Below, piece after piece: positions 34,879 through 47,049 of a DNA stretch of 64,000 nt. A program made the translations under genes and the position numbers. Under the pieces are notes generated by a model. It was not told where the DNA came from. It searched no databases and saw only the letters and a program-made list of their open reading frames with translations. This DNA comes from Escherichia coli (GTDB taxonomy: Bacteria > Pseudomonadota > Gammaproteobacteria > Enterobacterales > Enterobacteriaceae): NCBI RefSeq assembly GCF_030013595.1, contig NZ_CP122768.1. One strand, 5' to 3'. Position 1 is the stretch's first letter, and each line of letters begins with the position of its first letter.

Positions 34879-35190
34879 AGATAGTCGAATGGTGGGGAAA
34901 AGTCACTCGAATTACGTATGAGATGCCGAATGCCACACTTTGCGTCTTATTTCTCCGACGTAAAGTTGTTTACGCAGCAAACGCGGAGTATGTCATCTGG
35001 GTTAAGAATTGAAATTGAGAGATGCCTGAATAGCAAAAAAGCGCCTTTAGGGCGCTTTTTTACATTGGTGGGTCGTGCAGGATGACTCGCTTCGCTCGCC
35101 CTTCGGGCCGTCGCCGCGAGCGGCTCCGTTGTTTCGCTGCGCTCAACTCAAACCTGCTGCAGGTTCGAATCTTTGAGTATCGCAGATAGC

Positions 35191-35218
35191 AAAAAAGCGC
35201 CTTTAGGGCGCTTTTTTA
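35191..35218 (-). terminator. Rho-independent terminator after tRNA cluster (second copy at 35033-35061)
   Basis: AAAAAAGCGCC-ttta-GGGCGCTTTTTT symmetric hairpin. Confidence 0.6.
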
Positions 35219-35221
35219 CAT

Positions 35222-35297
35222 TGGTGGGTCGTGCAGGATTCGAACCTGCGACCAATTGATTAAAAGTCAACTGCTCTACCAACTGAGCTAACGACCC
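35222..35297 (-). tRNA. lysQ: tRNA-Lys (UUU)
   Basis: Reverse complement matches tRNA-Lys including CCA end; position in cluster. Confidence 0.9.
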
Positions 35298-35330
35298 CTT
35301 GCGGGATTATGCTGCTTTAATCATTCAGGA

Positions 35331-35406
35331 TGGTGGGTCGTGCAGGATTCGAACCTGCGACCAATTGATTAAAAGTCAACTGCTCTACCAACTGAGCTAA
35401 CGACCC
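35331..35406 (-). tRNA. lysZ: tRNA-Lys (UUU)
   Basis: Identical tRNA-Lys copy. Confidence 0.9.
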
Positions 35407-35552
35407 ATACGGGTGTTACCTGAAAGATTTCTACTCGGAACCAATCTTTAAAATTGGTGGGTCGTGCAGGATGACTCGCTTCGCTCGCCCTTCGGGCCGT
35501 TGCTGGCGCAACGTTATCCTTCACGCTTAACATCTGAGTTTGATGTTAAAAT

Positions 35553-35628
35553 TGGTGGGTCGTGCAGGATTCGAACCTGCGACCAATTGATTAAAAGTCA
35601 ACTGCTCTACCAACTGAGCTAACGACCC
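35553..35628 (-). tRNA. lysY: tRNA-Lys (UUU)
   Basis: Identical tRNA-Lys copy. Confidence 0.9.
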
Positions 35629-35631
35629 GAG

Positions 35632-35707
35632 TGGTGGGTGATGACGGGATCGAACCGCCGCCCCCCTCCTTGTAAGGGAGGTGCTCTCCCAGCTGAGCTA
35701 ATCACCC
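35632..35707 (-). tRNA. valZ: tRNA-Val (UAC)
   Basis: Reverse complement matches tRNA-Val(UAC), one base variant from the other copy. Confidence 0.9.
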
Positions 35708-35758
35708 GATACTGCGCTGGATACTACAAACTACTTCCACCGAACCCACCGTAATTAG

Positions 35759-35834
35759 TGGTGGGTCGTGCAGGATTCGAACCTGCGACCAATTGATTAA
35801 AAGTCAACTGCTCTACCAACTGAGCTAACGACCC
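35759..35834 (-). tRNA. lysW: tRNA-Lys (UUU)
   Basis: Identical tRNA-Lys copy. Confidence 0.9.
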
Positions 35835-35836
35835 GG

Positions 35837-35912
35837 TGGTGGGTGATGACGGGATCGAACCGCCGACCCCCTCCTTGTAAGGGAGGTGCTCTCCCAGCTG
35901 AGCTAATCACCC
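35837..35912 (-). tRNA. valT: tRNA-Val (UAC)
   Basis: Reverse complement matches tRNA-Val(UAC). Confidence 0.9.
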
Positions 35913-36047
35913 AATACTACGCTGGATACTACAACTAACTATGTTAGTGGTGGGTCGTGCAGGATGACTCGACTTCGTCTCGCCCTTCGGGCCGTTGCTG
36001 ACGCAACGTTATCCTTCACGTTTTACTACCGCTTCCACCTTAGCGAT

Positions 36048-36123
36048 TGGTGGGTCGTGCAGGATTCGAACCTGCGACCAATTGATTAAAAGTCAACTGC
36101 TCTACCAACTGAGCTAACGACCC
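36048..36123 (-). tRNA. lysT: tRNA-Lys (UUU)
   Basis: Identical tRNA-Lys copy, first gene of cluster. Confidence 0.9.
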
Positions 36124-36287
36124 ACTTTTTCGTTGCTTTCGGTTTGTTTGATATCCCGTGGCAACGGCGGCATATATTACTGATTTCAGACTTGAGCGCA
36201 ACAAAAATTTCGATGCAGATCACTCAACTGCTTATGATTCGCACGACACGACCAGAAATAATGCGACTTCTGGTCGTGTGTTATGCA

Positions 36288-37079
36288 TTACATCGCGTTC
36301 AGACGTTTTTGCGCCTGTTTAGCGCCATCAGTACCAGGGTATTTACTGATAACCTGCTGGTATACGGCTTTCGCTTTTGCGGTGTCACCTTTGTCCTGCA
36401 TGATGACGCCGACTTTAAACATCGCATCTGCAGCCTTTGGCGACTTCGGATAGTTTTTTACTACCGAAGCAAAATAGTACGCCGCATCATCTTTTTTACC
36501 CTTGTTGTAGTTTAACTGACCCAGCCAATAATTGGCGTTTGGCAGGTAAGTTGAATCAGGGTAATTTTTGATGAAATTCTGAAATGCCACCATTGCGTCA
36601 TCCTGGCGGGATTTATCCTGCACCAGCGCAATAGCTGCATTGTAATCCGTGTTTGCATCACCGCTTTTCACCGGCGCGCCAGCATTCGCAGTACCAGCAT
36701 CAGCTGTCGGCGTCATTGATGCCGCCGCACCGCTTTGATCGCCGCTGGTTGATTGCGCCGCTGCACCACCGCTGCTGAGGCTATCGATCTGCAACAGGAT
36801 CTGCTTTTGCCGCTCCACGACCTGATTCAGTTGATACTGATTTTCCTGAATCTGACCACGCAGGGAATCAATATCGGATTGATTATCAGAGAGTTGTTGC
36901 TGGAGTTGGGTTAAAAGCTGGCTGTGAGCATTTGAAATACGCTCAAGTTGAGTGACGCGGTCTTCGACCGAGCCTGAGCCGACACTACTGATTGGTGCCT
37001 GAGCAAAAGCGGCCCAGGGGGCCGCTATACCAACCAGTAACGACAGACTCAATAGTTGATGTCTGAAGTTACTGCTCAT
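36288..37079 (-). CDS. cpoB: CpoB (YbgF), TPR-containing cell-division coordinator
   Basis: 263 aa, signal peptide, coiled coil plus TPR. Confidence 0.9.
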   Translation of the reverse strand: MSSNFRHQLLSLSLLVGIAAPWAAFAQAPISSVGSGSVEDRVTQLERISNAHSQLLTQLQQQLSDNQSDIDSLRGQIQENQYQLNQVVERQKQILLQIDSLSSGGAAAQSTSGDQSGAAASMTPTADAGTANAGAPVKSGDANTDYNAAIALVQDKSRQDDAMVAFQNFIKNYPDSTYLPNANYWLGQLNYNKGKKDDAAYYFASVVKNYPKSPKAADAMFKVGVIMQDKGDTAKAKAVYQQVISKYPGTDGAKQAQKRLNAM

Positions 37080-37088
37080 GCAATTCTC

Positions 37089-37634
<546 letters not shown>

Positions 37635-37644
37635 TTAATTATTA

Positions 37645-38937
37645 TCACAGATACGGCGACCAGGCAGGGAATTTGACCTGTCCATCAGTTGCCGGAAGAC
37701 GCGCTTTGAAACGCCCATCTGTAGAAACCAAATTCAGCACGGATCCCATCCCCTGAGAAGAGCTGTAGATTACCATAGTGCCGTTAGGTGCCAGACTTGG
37801 CGTTTCATCCAGGAACGTGGACGACAGAACTTGTACGCCTCCCGTTGCCAGATCTTGTTTGGCAATGTGCTGCTGCCCACCATTGGAGCTGACCATTACC
37901 ATAAATTTACCGTCGCTGCTGACATCCGCATCCTGGTTCTGCGAACCTTCCCAGGTAATACGTTGTGGCGCACCGCCGTTGATATTCACTTTATAAACCT
38001 GTGGACGACCGGCCTGGTCAGAAGTAAATGCCAGGTTCTGGCTGTCCGGGAACCAGGTCGGTTCGGTATTGTTACTGCGACCATCCGTCACCTGGCGGAT
38101 CTGACCAGAAGCCAAATCCATTACGTATAGGTTCAGGCTACCAGTTTTCGACAAGGCGAATGCCAGTTTGCTGCCGTCTGGCGAGAATGCAGGTGCACCG
38201 TTGTGACGCGGGAATGAAGCCACCTGACGTACAGCGCCATTTGCCAGCGTTTGGATGACCAGCGCGGAACGACCGCTTTCGAAGGTCACATAAGCCAGTT
38301 TAGAACCGTCTGGTGACCACGCCGGAGACATCAGCGGCTGTGGTGAACGGTGAACGACAAATTGGTTGTAACCGTCATAGTCAGATACGCGCAGTTCATA
38401 CGGGAACTGACCGCCGTTGGTCTGAACAACGTAGGCAATACGGGTACGGAACGCACCTTTAATGCCGGTCAGTTTTTCAAACACTTCATCACTGGCGGTA
38501 TGACCAGCATAACGCAGCCACTGCTTGTTCACTTTGTACGAGTTCTGAGCAAGTACAGTACCCGGTGCGCCGCCAGTGTCAACAAGTTGATAAGCAACAT
38601 TGTAAGAACCATCCGGATTCGGAGTGACCTGACCGACAACTACAGCGTCAATACCCAGCGCGGACCATGCAGCTGGTTGTACTTCCTGCGCACTACCCGG
38701 CTGCTGTGGCAGACGAGCGCGATCTAACGGATTAAATTTACCGCTGTTACGCAAGTCGGCAGCAACGATGCCGCCAATATCTTCAGGTGCCGCACCAGGG
38801 CCCGCCCACTGGAAAGGAACAACTCCAATAGGACGACCGGAATCTACACCGCTGTCGATCACAATGCGGACTTCAGCATGCAGAACTGATGCCCACAGTA
38901 TGAGAAAACCAAATGCTACTCGTAATGCCTGCTTCAT
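37645..38937 (-). CDS. tolB: TolB periplasmic beta-propeller protein
   Basis: 430 aa. Confidence 0.95.
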   Translation of the reverse strand: MKQALRVAFGFLILWASVLHAEVRIVIDSGVDSGRPIGVVPFQWAGPGAAPEDIGGIVAADLRNSGKFNPLDRARLPQQPGSAQEVQPAAWSALGIDAVVVGQVTPNPDGSYNVAYQLVDTGGAPGTVLAQNSYKVNKQWLRYAGHTASDEVFEKLTGIKGAFRTRIAYVVQTNGGQFPYELRVSDYDGYNQFVVHRSPQPLMSPAWSPDGSKLAYVTFESGRSALVIQTLANGAVRQVASFPRHNGAPAFSPDGSKLAFALSKTGSLNLYVMDLASGQIRQVTDGRSNNTEPTWFPDSQNLAFTSDQAGRPQVYKVNINGGAPQRITWEGSQNQDADVSSDGKFMVMVSSNGGQQHIAKQDLATGGVQVLSSTFLDETPSLAPNGTMVIYSSSQGMGSVLNLVSTDGRFKARLPATDGQVKFPAWSPYL

Positions 38938-39069
38938 CATATCTCCCTTATCTGGACCGATGGCCCACGATAATTTAGCAGAATGTTAACAAACTAAAAT
39001 ACACAAAACTACCAGAACCCCGTGGCAACCGGTGCCTGATGTTGACCGTCGGAACAGTCAACATCGCGA

Positions 39070-40335
39070 TTACGGTTTGAAGTCCAATGGCGCGTTTTTG
39101 AACACTTCATATACTGCCTGGCTTGGTGGTTTCGGGATCTTCGCAAGTTTAGCTGCTGCCAACGCAGCCTGACAAAGTGCGGGATCGCCACCTTCAGGTT
39201 TGATATCCAGTAACATACCATCGGGTGCCAGTTTTATGCGCAGCGTACAGGTTTTGCCTGCATAGGACGATGCGTCATAGAACTTACTTTCGATAGCAGA
39301 TTTAATCTGCCCGGCATAGTTATTGATATCGGCCCCTGATGCGCCATTGTTTTTAGTATTACCACTCCCGGCTGGCGAAGCATTGTTCCCTTTCGCCCCT
39401 CCCCCCGTTTTCGGTGCATTCTTACCAGAGCTTAGCTCACCGAAAATATCATCTGCCTCTGCGGCAGCTTTTGCTGCAGCGGCTTTTTCAGCTGCTGCTT
39501 TTGCCGCTGCCGCTTTTTTGTCTGCGGCGGCTTTTTCTGCCGCTGCTTTCTTATCAGCAGCTGCCTTTTCAGCAGCCGCTTTTTCTGCTGCTTTTTTGTC
39601 GGCTGCAGCTTTCTCTGCTGCCGCTTTCTTATCAGCTGCAGCCTTTTCAGCAGCCGCTTTCTTATCAGCTTCTGCCTTGGCTTTTTCAGCAGCTTCAGTT
39701 GCCGCTTTCTTTCTTGCTTCAGCTGCAGCTGCTTCTGCCGCTTCCGCTTTCTTCTTCAGTGCCGCCGCGGCTGCCTCGGCTTTTTTCTGCGCTTCGGCTG
39801 CGGCTTTGGCGGCTTCTGCTTCTGCTTTTTTCTTCGCGTCTGCAGCCGCTTTCTTCGCAGCTTCTTCCGCAGCTTTAGCATCCGCTTCGGCCTTCGCTTT
39901 AGCATCTGCCGCCGCTTTCGCTGCCGCTTCTTCCGCTTGCTTCTGCTTTAACTCGGCCTGTTTTGCGGCTTCTTCAGCCTGCTTTTTCTGTTCCTGAGCA
40001 GCTAACCGCTCTTTCTCAAGTTGCTTCAGGCGTTCCTGTTCAGCCGCTTGTTTCTCACGCAGTTCTTCAGCAGCCTGCTGTTCCTTCATCTTGCGCTGCT
40101 CATCAGAACGCTTCGCGCTTGATTCCTGGCTTTGCATGCGTTTGTACTGCTCAACTACCGCACCTGAATCAACCATGACAGCGTCGATGGATGAACCACC
40201 GCCGCCTCCGGCTGAAGCTTCTATATTCTCATCGAACGAACTCCAGATCAGCGCCGCAAATAAGATGACATGCAGCACTGCTGAAATAATTATCGCCCGC
40301 TTGAGCTTGTCGTTTTGTTCGGTTGCCTTTGACAC
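39070..40335 (-). CDS. tolA: TolA
   Basis: 421 aa, long Ala/Lys/Glu-rich helical domain. Confidence 0.92.
   Translation of the reverse strand: MSKATEQNDKLKRAIIISAVLHVILFAALIWSSFDENIEASAGGGGGSSIDAVMVDSGAVVEQYKRMQSQESSAKRSDEQRKMKEQQAAEELREKQAAEQERLKQLEKERLAAQEQKKQAEEAAKQAELKQKQAEEAAAKAAADAKAKAEADAKAAEEAAKKAAADAKKKAEAEAAKAAAEAQKKAEAAAAALKKKAEAAEAAAAEARKKAATEAAEKAKAEADKKAAAEKAAADKKAAAEKAAADKKAAEKAAAEKAAADKKAAAEKAAADKKAAAAKAAAEKAAAAKAAAEADDIFGELSSGKNAPKTGGGAKGNNASPAGSGNTKNNGASGADINNYAGQIKSAIESKFYDASSYAGKTCTLRIKLAPDGMLLDIKPEGGDPALCQAALAAAKLAKIPKPPSQAVYEVFKNAPLDFKP
39470..39700 (-). repeat. Imperfect tandem repeats within tolA central domain
   Basis: Reiterated GCAGC(C/T)GC...TTTCTTATCAGC units encoding (K/E)AAA(E/D)KKAA. 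Confidence 0.45.
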
Positions 40336-40399
40336 TCTCGGTTTCCAAAAACTGTTCGCCTGTTACCCGCTCTCTTTCAAGCAAGGGAAACGCAGATGT

Positions 40400-40828
40400 T
40401 TAGATAGGCTGCGTCATTAAACCAACCGATTTCACACCCGCACTATGTAACAAGTTCAGTGCTTTAATTATTTCATCGTAAGGCACATCTTTTGCGCCAC
40501 CGATCAGAAAGACCGTTTTCGGGTTGGCCTTGAAACGGCTGGACACTTCCGCCACCACCTGCTCTGGTGGTAAACGCTCCAGGCGATCTTTCTCAACCAC
40601 CACGGTGTACTGACCAATACCAGACACTTCAACAATCACTGGCGGATTATCGTTACTGCTCACCGCCTGTGATTCAGTAGCGTCTGGCAGATCGACCTCC
40701 ACGCTCTGGGTGATGATGGGCGCTGTCGCCATAAAGATCAGCAACAGCACCAGCAGTACGTCCAGCAACGGTACAATGTTGATTTCGGACTTGAGATCGC
40801 GACGACCTCGTCCACGCGCTCTGGCCAT
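40400..40828 (-). CDS. tolR: TolR
   Basis: 142 aa. Confidence 0.95.
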   Translation of the reverse strand: MARARGRGRRDLKSEINIVPLLDVLLVLLLIFMATAPIITQSVEVDLPDATESQAVSSNDNPPVIVEVSGIGQYTVVVEKDRLERLPPEQVVAEVSSRFKANPKTVFLIGGAKDVPYDEIIKALNLLHSAGVKSVGLMTQPI

Positions 40829-40831
40829 GGC

Positions 40832-41925
<1,094 letters not shown>

Positions 41926-42074
41926 TTTACATCCCGGTAATGCAACAAAAGTTAGAGCTTTTAAACGCTGCTACTATACGCGCGCGATTGAGGTTTGGGA
42001 ATGAGGGCAAGTTAAGGGAGCGTAAAAATTTATGGGCCTGTAGCGGCCCATAATTTTTTAAAGAGAATTCTGAG

Positions 42075-42368
42075 TTAAAAGAAGAAGAAAATCAGCCCGA
42101 CAATGAGAACAATATCGGCAAGCAATGGGCAAAAAATCCCTTGCCAAAGAACCTTCTGCGGACGAAAGCCCACGCCGTGAATCACACCAGCACAGACGGC
42201 CCACATCAGCAATAAACCATGCCAGATTTCCAGTTCACTGGTCTTCGCGGCGAAACGTGATGGGTCCCAAAACATACATCCGGCTAACAGAAGCGCCATC
42301 ACGAAGGAAAGCGCCCGCAGGGGGCGCTTGTCCATTACCGCATACAAGGTTGCGATAATCTTACTCAT
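42075..42368 (-). CDS. ybgE: YbgE, cyd operon inner-membrane protein
   Basis: 97 aa. Confidence 0.8.
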   Translation of the reverse strand: MSKIIATLYAVMDKRPLRALSFVMALLLAGCMFWDPSRFAAKTSELEIWHGLLLMWAVCAGVIHGVGFRPQKVLWQGIFCPLLADIVLIVGLIFFFF

Positions 42369-42481
42369 CAGATGTCTTCTTGACCGGCTTTGCCTGATTC
42401 GACGTGCTCAAGCGCCAGCGCGGTGATTACCCCAAACGAACAGGCAAGAAGCGTTCCCAGAATCCATGCGAAATACCACAT
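42368..42481 (-). CDS. cydX: CydX, small subunit of cytochrome bd-I oxidase
   Basis: 37 aa MWYFAWILGTLLACSFGVITALALEHVESGKAGQEDI; below ORF-track cutoff; stop overlaps ybgE start. Confidence 0.85.
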   Translation of the reverse strand: MWYFAWILGTLLACSFGVITALALEHVESGKAGQEDI

Positions 42482-42495
42482 TTTTAGCTCCTTAC

Positions 42496-43635
42496 TTAGT
42501 ACAGAGAGTGGGTGTTACGTTCAATATCTTCTTTGGTGATACGACCGAACATTTTCCAGTAACACCAGGCGGTGTAGAGCAGAATGATCGGTACCAGAAC
42601 CACCGCAACCCAAGTCATGACGTTAAGTGTCAGCTGGCTGGAAGTTGCATCCCACATTGTCAGACTTGCGTTCATCATGGTGCTGGACGGCATCACAAAC
42701 GGGAACATTGCGATACCGGCAGTCAGGATGATGCAGGCCAGCGTCAGGGAGGAGAACACAAACGCCCACGCGGCTTTATCCATACGTGCAGTCAGGATGG
42801 TCAGCAGCGGCAGAACCACACCCAGTGCCGGAATAGCCCACAGAATTGGCGTGTTGTTGAAGTTAACCAGCCATGCGCCAGCTTCACGAACCACTTCTTT
42901 ATTCAGCGGGTTAGAGGCTGCGTAATGGTCCATTGTCGATTTCACGACATAACCATCGATACCGTACATCACCCATACGCCAGCCAGTGCGAAACAGACC
43001 AGTGTCACCAGTGCCGCCACCTGAGCCGTTGCACGGGTACGCAGGTGCAGTTCGCCCACGGTACGCATTTGCAGATAGGTTGCGCCCTGAGTAATGATCA
43101 TCCCTACGCTCACCACGCCTGCCAGCAGGCCGAACGGGTTAAGCAGCTGGAAGAAGTTACCGGTGTAGTACAGACGCAGATATTCATCAACGTTGAACGG
43201 TACGCCCTGCAACAGGTTACCGAACGCTACACCAATCACCAACGGCGGAACGAAGCTACCAATGAAGATGCCCCAGTCCCACATGTTACGCCAGCGGGTT
43301 TCTTCAATCTTGGAGCGGTAGTCAAAACCGACCGGACGGAAGAACAAAGACGCCAGCACGAGGATCATCGCCACATAGAAGCCGGAGAACGCAGCGGCAT
43401 AGACCATCGGCCAGGCAGCAAAGAGTGCGCCGCCTGCGGTGATCAGCCAAACCTGGTTACCGTCCCAGTGTGGTGCGATGGAGTTAATCATAATTCGACG
43501 CTCGGTGTCGTTACGACCGAGGAAACGGGTGAGCATGCCCACCCCCATGTCGAAACCGTCAGTGACTGCAAAACCAATCAGCAGAACGCCAACCAGCAGC
43601 CACCAGATAAAACGCAATACTTCATAATCGATCAT
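42496..43635 (-). CDS. cydB: Cytochrome bd-I oxidase subunit II
   Basis: 379 aa. Confidence 0.95.
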   Translation of the reverse strand: MIDYEVLRFIWWLLVGVLLIGFAVTDGFDMGVGMLTRFLGRNDTERRIMINSIAPHWDGNQVWLITAGGALFAAWPMVYAAAFSGFYVAMILVLASLFFRPVGFDYRSKIEETRWRNMWDWGIFIGSFVPPLVIGVAFGNLLQGVPFNVDEYLRLYYTGNFFQLLNPFGLLAGVVSVGMIITQGATYLQMRTVGELHLRTRATAQVAALVTLVCFALAGVWVMYGIDGYVVKSTMDHYAASNPLNKEVVREAGAWLVNFNNTPILWAIPALGVVLPLLTILTARMDKAAWAFVFSSLTLACIILTAGIAMFPFVMPSSTMMNASLTMWDATSSQLTLNVMTWVAVVLVPIILLYTAWCYWKMFGRITKEDIERNTHSLY

Positions 43636-43650
43636 TTGACGACTCCTGTC

Positions 43651-45219
43651 TTAGCGTGCCGGCTGAGTAGTCGTGGAAGACTGCTCAAAGTGATAGCGAC
43701 CGGTTTTCAGGCTGCTTGGGCCGAGGCGTGCAAACTTGAACATTAAGAACAATTCTGCCACCAGGAACAGGGTATACAGGCCGCAAATCAGCACCATTGA
43801 GAAGATGAGATCGCCTGCGGTCAGTGACGAGTTCGCCACAGCTGTCGGCAGCACTTCACCGATAGCCCACGGTTGGCGGCCATATTCAGCCACAAACCAG
43901 CCCGCTTCTACAGCAATCCACGGCAGCGGAATACCGTACAGCGCGGCGCGCAGCAGCCATTTTTTCTCGCCAATGCGGTTGCGGATGACACTCCAGAAAG
44001 AGAGCGCGATGATTGCCAGCAGCAGGAAGCCACACGCCACCATGATACGGAACGCGAAGTACAGCGGCGCTACACGCGGAATGGAGTCTTTGGTTGCCTG
44101 TTGAATCTGCGCTTCAGTCGCATCAGCCACGTTTGGCGTATAGCGTTTCAGCAGCAGACCGTAACCGAGGTCTTTCTTCATGCTATTGAACTGGTCACGA
44201 ACCGCCTGGTCGGTAGAACCAGAACGCAGTTGCTCGAGCAGAGAGTACGCCTTCATCCCGTTACGAATGCGTTCTTCATGCTGCACCATCAGTTCTTTCA
44301 GGCCGATAACTGGAGTATCCACGGAACGCGTTGCAATGATACCCAGCGCGTAAGGGATCTGGATCGCAAATTTGTTCGTCTCCTCTTCCTGATCAGGAAT
44401 GCCGAACAGAGTAAAGGCAGCAGGCGCAGGTTGCGTTTCCCACTCGGCTTCAATAGCAGCCAGTTTGGTTTTCTGCACGTCGCCCATTTCGTAACCAGAT
44501 TCATCACCCAGAACAATAACAGACAGAACGGCAGCCATACCGAAGCTGGCAGCGATAGCAAAGGAGCGTTTAGCGAAGGCGAAGTCACGACCTTTCAGCA
44601 TATACCATGCGCTGATACCGAGGATGAACATCGCGCCAGTCACATAACCAGACGCTACAGTGTGAACGAATTTCACCTGAGCAACCGGGTTAAGCACCAG
44701 CTCGGAGAAGCTCACCATCTCCATACGCATAGTTTCAAAGTTGAAATCAGACGCGATTGGGTTTTGCATCCAGCCGTTCGCAACCAGAATCCACAGTGCG
44801 GACAGGTTTGAACCGAGCGCCACCAGCCAGGTGACACACATATGCTGAACTTTACCCAGACGATCCCAACCGAAGAAGAACAGACCTACAAAGGTGGATT
44901 CGAGGAAGAAGGCCATTAGACCTTCGATTGCCAGCGGCGCACCGAAGATATCCCCTACATAGTGGGAATAGTAAGACCAGTTAGTCCCGAACTGGAACTC
45001 CATGGTCAGACCGGTAGCCACACCCAGAGCGAAGTTGATACCAAACAACTTGCCCCAGAACTTGGTCATATCTTTATAAATCTGTTTGCCGGAAAGGACG
45101 TAGACCGTTTCCATAATGGCCAGCAGGAACGCCATACCGAGCGTCAGTGGCACAAAAAGGAAGTGGTACATCGCGGTCAAGGCAAACTGTAAGCGCGACA
45201 GTTCGACTATATCTAACAT
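43651..45219 (-). CDS. cydA: Cytochrome bd-I oxidase subunit I
   Basis: 522 aa from [15 protein letters not shown]. Confidence 0.95.
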
Positions 45220-45556
45220 CATGACTCCTTGCTCATCGCATGAAGACTCCGAGAGTGAACCCCGTTAGAAAGGGTCACACGCATGCCCCAATACAAAATT
45301 ATTTGCTCGCCTCTATCGTTGCCATTTCATCAAAAGAGGAAAAGACAATGATAAAAAAGTTACAAATATGTTAATGAATAAACCAAATTGATCCCGTAAT
45401 TATATTACGCCGCAAAATCCTTACAATAAACAGGTTTTTATTGAGCAAATTTGCATTTTTCGACAGTGATCAATTTATAGCGAAATTGTCACGATCTCAC
45501 CAATTTGATCTACGACAATTTATCGTGTTTTGCAGATTTTTTTCAAGAATTAAAAA

Positions 45557-45570
45557 TTGATTTATATCAA
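45557..45570 (-). promoter_or_regulatory. FNR-type site in cydA upstream regulatory region
   Basis: TTGATttatATCAA perfect FNR consensus. Confidence 0.45.
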
Positions 45571-46024
45571 AATCAACCAAATATGTTAATTATGTATAAA
45601 CCATAGATCATTGGTAATTTTATTGTTAATTTATTGTGAAATATTTATGCAACACAATTATTACAATGAAAAAGTATAGATAAAAAACCAGTGTTTTATT
45701 TAACAGAACCGCCCTATCCACTTTTTATAATACCAATTGATTAGAGTAGCCAATTTGTTGCTATTTTACATAACATATTTTTATCAAAGTTAATTGATTG
45801 TTGCCTTTATGAGCACCGGCCGTAAGCCCGTTATGTTATTGTTTCATTAGTAATAATCACTTAAATGTATCGATGAAACAGGTATGACTTAGCGGGAGTG
45901 ATTGTTTCTGAGTGAACAGAGACCACTTTCGCCTGATAAATGAAAAATGAGCGATTTTTGCAAGTTAGTTTTTCTATAGCCGAGTACGCTCAGCGCCTCG
46001 CTTGATTACAATGAGGTTGCTGCT

Positions 46025-46969
46025 ATGAGTCCTGATAATATCAGTTCTGCTGTCAATCGCTTCTCAGGTTGGCCATCTAATGATCCTCTAAAAACAGATA
46101 AAGAATCAATGACATCACCCATGACTGTGCAGGTAATAAAGATGATTGCCGCCATCCTTGACCCACATCGGATAGTCGTTGGAATCGATACACTTTATAC
46201 AACGCAGCGCGAAACATTTACCTCAGAGAGTCAACAGCTCATTGAATCAGCATTGCAAACACTTCATGTGATGAATTTAAATAACCTGGAAACAAATCTC
46301 GATGAGGAAGGTCACTATCTGGCTTTTGGATATAACGTTGACACTCCTGACAGAATAACCGTTTCTGCTTATAATGAAAAAAAGCCTGGCTGCTATGGCC
46401 AATGTCTTTTAATACAGGATGACGAAACAGACTTATTTAACCTGATAAAAGTTAAAATTTTTGAAGCCAGGCATAATTATGTCGCTCAATTGATGAGCGA
46501 TCCGGAATTTATGTTCAAATTTAGTTATAGCGCTCAACAAAATAGATTAGAACCTCATCTTCTGGTTCCCACTTATTTCCCTCTAAAAACAAACGAACCG
46601 GTTACGCAAGAGGATGTACTGTTACTTTATCGTTTCTTTAAAATGGATGGTGATTTTAATATATTAACATCAGATGAATACATGAGTATCATGACACCTC
46701 TAATGAAGTGTGAGCGTAGCATCCACGACCACAACAGGTATGTGACGGGCAAAGATCCCCTTCTTCTGGACTATCCTCCTTCTGGTAACCAGATATATTT
46801 CCATATTTTTCCTGACGAATCAGCAACACTAGTCCTTTATTTTTCAAACAATGACATTGAATGTTTCGTCTTTGAAAGAGATATTCCGAGCCAGTATCGC
46901 TTTTTCAAAATGTTTACCAATCTGGCACTGGTTATTGATCAGTTAACCGATGCCAATCAAATACTTTAA
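46025..46969 (+). CDS. Hypothetical protein, AT-rich accessory gene, no recognised domain
   Basis: 314-aa ORF in low-GC DNA where long random ORFs are unlikely; Ser/Pro/Asn-rich N-terminus. Confidence 0.6.
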   Translation: MSPDNISSAVNRFSGWPSNDPLKTDKESMTSPMTVQVIKMIAAILDPHRIVVGIDTLYTTQRETFTSESQQLIESALQTLHVMNLNNLETNLDEEGHYLAFGYNVDTPDRITVSAYNEKKPGCYGQCLLIQDDETDLFNLIKVKIFEARHNYVAQLMSDPEFMFKFSYSAQQNRLEPHLLVPTYFPLKTNEPVTQEDVLLLYRFFKMDGDFNILTSDEYMSIMTPLMKCERSIHDHNRYVTGKDPLLLDYPPSGNQIYFHIFPDESATLVLYFSNNDIECFVFERDIPSQYRFFKMFTNLALVIDQLTDANQIL

Positions 46970-47049
46970 TTTTTATATATTCCCTGTGGCAAATATTGCT
47001 AAACAATGCCCGGGGATTAATTTTTATTACTCACGGAAAGATTTAAATA

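Noticed and set aside
35030-36123. Regularly spaced near-identical 76-bp repeats that could be mistaken for a CRISPR array
   Set aside because: The repeats are complete tRNA-Lys and tRNA-Val genes with CCA ends; no cas genes; spacers contain tRNA fragments.
39323-39997. 224-aa and 154-aa + strand ORFs made almost entirely of A/S/F/L
   Set aside because: Antisense to the repetitive Ala/Lys-rich domain of tolA; a repeat artefact.
42466-43746. 426-aa + strand ORF antisense to cydB; also 43873-44811 (312 aa) antisense to cydA
   Set aside because: Shadow ORFs on the opposite strand of well-supported GC-rich genes; low-complexity His/Gln/Arg-rich translation.
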